Sequence record: DRR723986_15179
Length of the DNA stretch: 62,185 nucleotides
Direction: 5' to 3' (one strand)
Shown here one piece after another: positions 56,834 through 62,185 of the stretch (within the stretch, counting starts at the first letter, position 1; each line of letters begins with the position of its first letter). The notes below the pieces were generated by a model. That model was not told where the DNA came from and made no database searches. It saw only the letters and a program-made list of their open reading frames with translations. Both the position numbers and the translations under genes were made by a program.

Positions 56834-57706
56834 TTATAGTTCGTTGATAAAGATAGCAGCCTGCTGAAATAAGGAAGGGTAAGTTTGGAGTGCAAAGCCA
56901 TGACCTTGATTGGGCACTATAATGAAATTATGTGCTACATCAGCCTCAGTTAGGGCTTTTTCTAAAAGGAAGCTTTGCGAAATAGGCACTACTGTATCAT
57001 CAGTGCCATGAAAGAATATGGTGGGGACAGATTGGCTGTCAACAAACGTAATCGGACTGGAAGCCGCATAAGCTTCGGGTCTTTCCCCGGGATTTCCTCC
57101 TAATAATCCTTCTAGACCAGTTACCGTAAGAAAGCTGAAGTCATAAAGCTCAGCTAGATCGGTGGGAGGAAAAAACGCTACCACAGCTTTTATGTTTCCA
57201 AATGGCTTATGCTTATAGGCGTGCAGTAATGCCAAATGTCCTCCTGCACTTGCTCCAGCCAATATAATCGTGTCAGATATATTCCATTCATCTGTTTTGC
57301 TTACTACATAACTGATAGCTTCTATTACGTCATTTTCTTGGGTGGGAAATTTATTTGTTCCGTTGGCAAGATTATAAAGGCTATAATTGATAGAAACGAA
57401 AGCGTATTCGGGAAAGGCGGAGGAAAGGGAATTTTTAAATTGCTTGAACTCGTCTTTACTCCCTTCGATCCATGCGCCTCCATGGATATAAATAAGCAGT
57501 GGGGTCTTTTCAATAGAACGGCCTGCTGGTAAATAAACATCCAAAAGCTGGGTTGAGTTAGGTCCGTAGGATTGGTCGGACAAATCCAGTGCTGCAAGTT
57601 CTCCAGTTGGATTTTCATCCCGCTCCGAGGAACAGCTGCCTAGGGCTAAAATCAGGAAAACCCCTAAAGTTAATTGTTCAAAAAGTCTAAAAATCCTAGG
57701 CCTCAT
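56834..57706 (-). CDS. Alpha/beta hydrolase lipoprotein (HSL/GDXG-like esterase)
   Basis: Lipobox LGSC; HGGAW oxyanion motif, GASAG nucleophile, HGTDD, GHGF; start ATG 57706. Confidence 0.9.
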   Translation of the reverse strand: MRPRIFRLFEQLTLGVFLILALGSCSSERDENPTGELAALDLSDQSYGPNSTQLLDVYLPAGRSIEKTPLLIYIHGGAWIEGSKDEFKQFKNSLSSAFPEYAFVSINYSLYNLANGTNKFPTQENDVIEAISYVVSKTDEWNISDTIILAGASAGGHLALLHAYKHKPFGNIKAVVAFFPPTDLAELYDFSFLTVTGLEGLLGGNPGERPEAYAASSPITFVDSQSVPTIFFHGTDDTVVPISQSFLLEKALTEADVAHNFIIVPNQGHGFALQTYPSLFQQAAIFINEL

Positions 57707-57708
57707 TT

Positions 57709-59145
57709 TTAGAACCATTTAATAAGTGAAGCAATAATTTGTTTCGCTTTGATTCCGTAGGGTGGCCTTAGCAGTGTCACATTATTAATACCGACTCGCT
57801 GCTTGAGTACACCCTTTTCATTGCTAAATGCCAGAAACCCATGGTAACCATGCGCTTTTCCGATACCACTATTATTTACTCCTCCAAATGGTAACTCCAA
57901 ATGAAGGAAATGTAAAACGCAGTCATTGATTACGGTATTTCCGGAGCTTGTTTCCCTTAGGACCTTTGAGGTCTGTTCTGAGTTTTTGCCAAAATAATAA
58001 AGGGCTAATGGTTTAGGTTTGGAATTGACGTATGCTATTGCGTTTTCTAAAGAACTATAGCTCAGGATAGGTAAAATAGGTCCGAAGATCTCCTCTTGCA
58101 TTACCTGCATATCATTATTGACATTTGTCAGAATAGTAGGATCAATATAGCGAGTAAGGGGGTTATATTTTCCTCCGAAAGCTAATTCTGCGCCTTCCGA
58201 TAAAGCATCTTCAATAGTTTGTGTAAGCCTTTTAAAATGCTTGTCATTAATAATCCTAGCCATATCAGGTGACTTTTCTATCCCTTTATAATCCGGGTCA
58301 TACATCTTTTGTAGTGCCACTTTCATTTCCATGATAAGTTTCTCCTGCTGAGATTCATGCACCAGAATATAGTCTGGTGCTATGCAAGTTTGTCCACAAT
58401 TGACGTATTTTCCCCAAATAATCTTTTCAGCTGCATCTGTTAAATCCGCATCCTCATTCAGGATGACAGGTGATTTTCCTCCTAATTCTAAAGTAACTGA
58501 AGTCAAATTCGCAGCTGCGGCCTTCATTACAATTTTTCCTACTGAAGGACTTCCTGTGAAGAATATGTGATCAAAAGGAAGTTTTAGTAATTCAGTAGAA
58601 ATCTCCACCTCACCTAAAACTACAGCCACTTCACTTGGATCAAAGAGTTCTGAAATCATTGAAGAGACCAGATCAGAAGTATGAGGAGTCATCTCTGATG
58701 GTTTTATAATAGCCGTGCAACCTGCGGATAAAGCAGAAATTAGAGGGCCTATCGTCAGATTAAATGGGTAGTTCCATGGGGAAATTATCAGCGAAGTACC
58801 TTTCGGTTCCAGGTAAATTTTGCTGGATGTCCCAAGCATGGGAAGAGGAGTTGGAACCGAATTTGGCTTCATCCATTTCTTAAGATTTTTGATGCTATGG
58901 TTGATTTCTGCAGTGACGGGGAATATTTCACTGAGGTCTGTTTCAGCTTCAGGCTTTCCAAAATCGTTCTTTAGCGCCTCACGAATTGCTTGTTGATTAT
59001 CTTTTATCCAGGATCCTATTTTTTTTAAGTGAGCTATTCTCTCCATTGCTGTTGAAGTCCTCCAAGCTAAGGAAGTCAGTTTCTGGCTTTGCAAAAGAAT
59101 GTCAAGGTTTATGGTTGAGGGGGCTTTGCTTTTGTGTTTTAGCAT
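57709..59145 (-). CDS. Aldehyde dehydrogenase (ALDH3/CALDH-like)
   Basis: ISPWNYP, KPSE, FTGS, LELGGKSP, GQTCIAPDY, EEIFGP, PFGG; start moved to ATG 59145 (MLKHK). Confidence 0.93.
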   Translation of the reverse strand: MLKHKSKAPSTINLDILLQSQKLTSLAWRTSTAMERIAHLKKIGSWIKDNQQAIREALKNDFGKPEAETDLSEIFPVTAEINHSIKNLKKWMKPNSVPTPLPMLGTSSKIYLEPKGTSLIISPWNYPFNLTIGPLISALSAGCTAIIKPSEMTPHTSDLVSSMISELFDPSEVAVVLGEVEISTELLKLPFDHIFFTGSPSVGKIVMKAAAANLTSVTLELGGKSPVILNEDADLTDAAEKIIWGKYVNCGQTCIAPDYILVHESQQEKLIMEMKVALQKMYDPDYKGIEKSPDMARIINDKHFKRLTQTIEDALSEGAELAFGGKYNPLTRYIDPTILTNVNNDMQVMQEEIFGPILPILSYSSLENAIAYVNSKPKPLALYYFGKNSEQTSKVLRETSSGNTVINDCVLHFLHLELPFGGVNNSGIGKAHGYHGFLAFSNEKGVLKQRVGINNVTLLRPPYGIKAKQIIASLIKWF

Positions 59146-59578
59146 TTTGACAATTCTTGATGGTTCTGGGCTGTCTATGAATTTAATGTACAAATATTTT
59201 TCCGGGAAGAGGGTAATCAAACATACTTTATTAATGAGGTTTCTCTCCCATAATATTATAAAAATTTCACGCTTTTTATCTAGTAGGAAATACTTTTCAA
59301 CACCTGTAAAATTATTTTCACATAAAAAAAAACGTATTATGTATGAATATTTTTCATATAATGCTTGCATATGAAAAACATAAAAGTGTATTTTTACAGC
59401 AAATAAATAGTGTTTATTGGAAAATTGGCTACTTATTCAATCATTTTTAAATGATTTAGTCTCCAGAAACAAGGAAAAAAGTAGTTTGAGAAGCAGATTT
59501 TTTCTCTACTAAGTATCTGAAAAAGAGAATATTATAGAACGACAATTACGAACTAGAAAAATTTTAAATACTAACGAT

Positions 59579-62185
59579 ATGGACAGTACATCCAATTGTC
59601 AATTCAGCTCCCGACCACAAACCAGTGGATTTTTCGAAAGGGGTAAATTTCAAAAAAGTAGTTTAGGGTTAATTGCCTTTATCTCTTTTTTTATTTTTGG
59701 TTTATTTTTGGGCTCGAGTGAATCCATTGCTCAATCAACAGTTCCGGGAACAATAGTCGGATCAACTCCTTTGAATATTAATCCGAATTCTCCCCCTGCC
59801 TGTCCGCAAAACAATATGCGAGTAACGGGCTTGGAATTCAGAGATCAAAATGGGAATGTAATTGATCCTAATAATCTTAATGAACCTCTTGGAACACCCA
59901 TCACCGGGACTATTTTTGCCACTTTTGCGGTGAATGGCCAAGGGTATAACCCTTATATTCAATATGACCTATTAATCAATAATCAATTGATTACATCTAA
60001 ATCTCTGTGTGTAGTTTCACAAAATGCAGGAGGTCAAACTATAAATATAAGTAACGGGCAAAAATTACGTATTGACAATTTTACATGGAACTATGGGGAT
60101 AAAGTTGAAGTTAAAAATTTCTATTTAACATGGACAACAGGTAATGCGTCAGCTAGTGATAAAACTTGTTCAGCAGACCTTGGGAACTCTCAGTGCTATT
60201 TTTCAGCTCCTGGCTTTATAGTTAATACGCCTTTAGTTGCGAATTTTAATGCCGTGACTTCTTGCGAAAATCTAAATGTTACTTTTACCAATTTGACTAC
60301 AGGTGGTGATCCTGCAATTTCTGCTACTTATTCTTGGAATTTTGGAGATGGTAATTCTTCCACTTCTGCCAATACAAGTCATACTTATTTATCGACTGGA
60401 ACATTTACTGTTACACTTACATCTACAAAATCTGGAGTAGTTAAAACTATCTCGAAGGATGTTGTTTTATATCCTGCATTAGGTGCCAGTGGAATAAAAG
60501 CCGATGATGATTGTAGTGATAATAATACTGGTTCCATTGATTTAAGTGTTTCTGGAGGGCTTGCTCCTTTTGTTTATTCTTGGAGCACAACTAACGGATC
60601 CGGTTTAGTGGCGGGTGTTGAAGATCAGACTGGATTATCTGCTGGAACTTATTCTGTGATAGTAACAGATGATAGAGGTTGTACGGTTACTAAAGAGTTT
60701 ACGATTATTAAGCCAAATCAATCCCCTAGCCCTGTTGCTGGTGAAGATGCAGTCGTTTGTGAAGGATCTTCAGTTCTTGGTTATAACATTACAGCGGATC
60801 CAGGGTATAGTTTGATTTTTTATGATTCGAATGATCCTAACGCTTCTCCAATTGTTGGTACTCCTACAGTTGATCCTTCGTCCAGTGGAACAGGTACTTT
60901 TTCGGTTTGGGTGAGCCAAACAAAAGCTGGAGAATGTGAAAGTGAGAGAGTGGAGGTTTCTATTCAGGTAGTTAATTGTGGTATTTCTATAGTTAAGCAG
61001 GGTGAATTTAAAGGTGAGGGTGAATGTACAGTCGTTGGTGATCCAATTTTATATACATTTTTAGTTACCAATCTTGGAGATATCACTCTTCAAAATGTTG
61101 AAGTTACGGAACTAACTTTTTCTGGAACCAATGGTGTTCCTACTCTTACTTTTGTTAACTCCTCTCAGGGTAGTCCAGCAGGGACTCTTAAGGCAGGAGA
61201 AATAGCCGCTTACACCGCAACCTATTATGTTTCTCAGGAAGATATTTTAGCGGGCAAAGTTGAAAACCAAGCAAAAGTTACAGCTGATGCAGGCACTTTA
61301 GATTTGGAGGATATTTCTGGTAGTGGTTTTAACTTTAATGAGTGGAACCTTATTGTACGTAATAATGTGACAAATTCATCTGAAGTAGAAGGATCCTCTT
61401 TAATAGGAGGTAATTTGTCAGGTACGTCAAACTATTCTATTGTTTCGCCAACAGCATCAAATGGAGCTGGTTTAATGCTTGGAGGGGATTTACTAAGTGG
61501 TTCTATTCAGATTAATGCAAGTGGTGATTTCTACATTGGAGGATCATCAGCAGGAGGCACAGTCAATTTAAATGGTGGAGCACAATATTCTACGACTGAA
61601 ATACCTGCTTTAATAAATGAAGCATTTGCCCAAGCAAATGCACTATCTGCATATTTAGCAGCGCTTACTTCCACAGGTTCAATAGATGGTGGAGGGAATA
61701 TGACTTCTCCTACTACTACAAATGTAAATGGGGAAGAGCTTGCTATTTATTCCGTTACCCAAGCAAATATTAATGGTCTTGGCCAATTGAATTTAAATTT
61801 TGGTACAGCTGATGTTGTAATCATTAATTTTGATGCTTCTGGAAATGGTGGTACGGCAAGTTTAAGTGCACCTCCAAATTTGATAGGAGCTTTTACTGGT
61901 AGTCAGAGAAAAATCATTTGGAATTTTGTAAACACTACACAAGTGAATGTTAACAATTCATTTGAGGGTATGCTTTTAGCACCAAATGCAAATTTGATCC
62001 ATTCTGGAGGCCAAATTAATGGAAATGTTATTGTTGATAATATTTCTAGCATGTCGGCTGAAATCCATGACTATATTTTTAATGCAAATGTGACTAATCT
62101 TGGTCAATCTGGAGAGTCAGGATTGACTGTGGTTTATTTGTGTCAGAATCCAAGCTTGACGATTACTAAGACAGTTGATCAGGAG
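59579..62185 (+). CDS. Large secreted surface adhesin-like protein, partial (PKD, SprB-type repeat, Ig-like, DUF7507/DUF11-type, choice-of-anchor A domains); runs off the window
   Basis: Manually translated open frame of 869 codons from ATG 59579 with no stop. Signal peptide ...ESIA/QS; SWNFGDG (60335, PKD); GSIDLSVSGG..PFVYSW...GLSAGTYSVIVTDDRGC (60530); YTFLVTNLGDITL...VENQAKVT; WNLIV...EVEG...IIWNF...GMLLAPNA...AEIH. Confidence 0.9.
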   Translation, partial: MDSTSNCQFSSRPQTSGFFERGKFQKSSLGLIAFISFFIFGLFLGSSESIAQSTVPGTIVGSTPLNINPNSPPACPQNNMRVTGLEFRDQNGNVIDPNNLNEPLGTPITGTIFATFAVNGQGYNPYIQYDLLINNQLITSKSLCVVSQNAGGQTINISNGQKLRIDNFTWNYGDKVEVKNFYLTWTTGNASASDKTCSADLGNSQCYFSAPGFIVNTPLVANFNAVTSCENLNVTFTNLTTGGDPAISATYSWNFGDGNSSTSANTSHTYLSTGTFTVTLTSTKSGVVKTISKDVVLYPALGASGIKADDDCSDNNTGSIDLSVSGGLAPFVYSWSTTNGSGLVAGVEDQTGLSAGTYSVIVTDDRGCTVTKEFTIIKPNQSPSPVAGEDAVVCEGSSVLGYNITADPGYSLIFYDSNDPNASPIVGTPTVDPSSSGTGTFSVWVSQTKAGECESERVEVSIQVVNCGISIVKQGEFKGEGECTVVGDPILYTFLVTNLGDITLQNVEVTELTFSGTNGVPTLTFVNSSQGSPAGTLKAGEIAAYTATYYVSQEDILAGKVENQAKVTADAGTLDLEDISGSGFNFNEWNLIVRNNVTNSSEVEGSSLIGGNLSGTSNYSIVSPTASNGAGLMLGGDLLSGSIQINASGDFYIGGSSAGGTVNLNGGAQYSTTEIPALINEAFAQANALSAYLAALTSTGSIDGGGNMTSPTTTNVNGEELAIYSVTQANINGLGQLNLNFGTADVVIINFDASGNGGTASLSAPPNLIGAFTGSQRKIIWNFVNTTQVNVNNSFEGMLLAPNANLIHSGGQINGNVIVDNISSMSAEIHDYIFNANVTNLGQSGESGLTVVYLCQNPSLTITKTVDQE

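Noticed and set aside
59146-59370. 75-aa N-terminal extension of the aldehyde dehydrogenase in the ORF track
   Set aside because: AT-rich, non-ALDH-like sequence in the divergent promoter region; ATG 59145 gives a normal-length enzyme
1-62185. CRISPR array, tRNA/rRNA, prophage, integrase, transposase or defence system
   Set aside because: No regularly spaced repeats, cloverleaf/rRNA signatures, or recombinase/nuclease motifs recognised by eye; tRNAscan/Infernal/DefenseFinder would be needed to exclude them formally

Overview
A 62-kb, AT-rich, gene-dense bacterial chromosomal segment typical of Bacteroidota. SusC/SusD pairs, TAnnTTTG -7 promoter elements and the gene content point to Cytophagales, probably Cyclobacteriaceae/Algoriphagus-like (inference). 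It mixes housekeeping genes (purK-purE, rlmH, an RluE-type pseudouridine synthase, wecB, slyD, mscS, an ECF sigma factor, a Fur-family regulator, an MsbA-like ABC exporter) with outer-membrane uptake loci (two convergent SusC/SusD pairs, an FG-GAP/ASPIC-UnbV lipoprotein, and a beta-helix lipoprotein plus a non-SusC TonB-dependent receptor) and secreted M1 and metzincin-type peptidases. Most noteworthy: (1) a four-gene type III PKS / SAM methyltransferase / FAD oxidoreductase / UbiA prenyltransferase cluster at 44.4-48.4 kb, predicted to make a prenylated alkyl-(hydro)quinone or pyrone lipid; (2) a large surface protein missed by the ORF track (59579 to the window end), in which a choice-of-anchor A / ice-binding-like domain appears inserted into a loop of a DUF7507-type repeat; (3) an iodotyrosine-deiodinase-like flavoprotein; (4) small genes missed by the ORF track, including a 58-aa protein ending CVGCGS; (5) two families of REP-like extragenic repeats arranged in mirror image around a 2.2-kb segment; (6) a shared TTAACA-N5-GTAACA box at two loci. 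No rRNA, tRNA, CRISPR array, integrase or transposase was recognised. All family assignments come from recognising motifs by eye, not from database searches.
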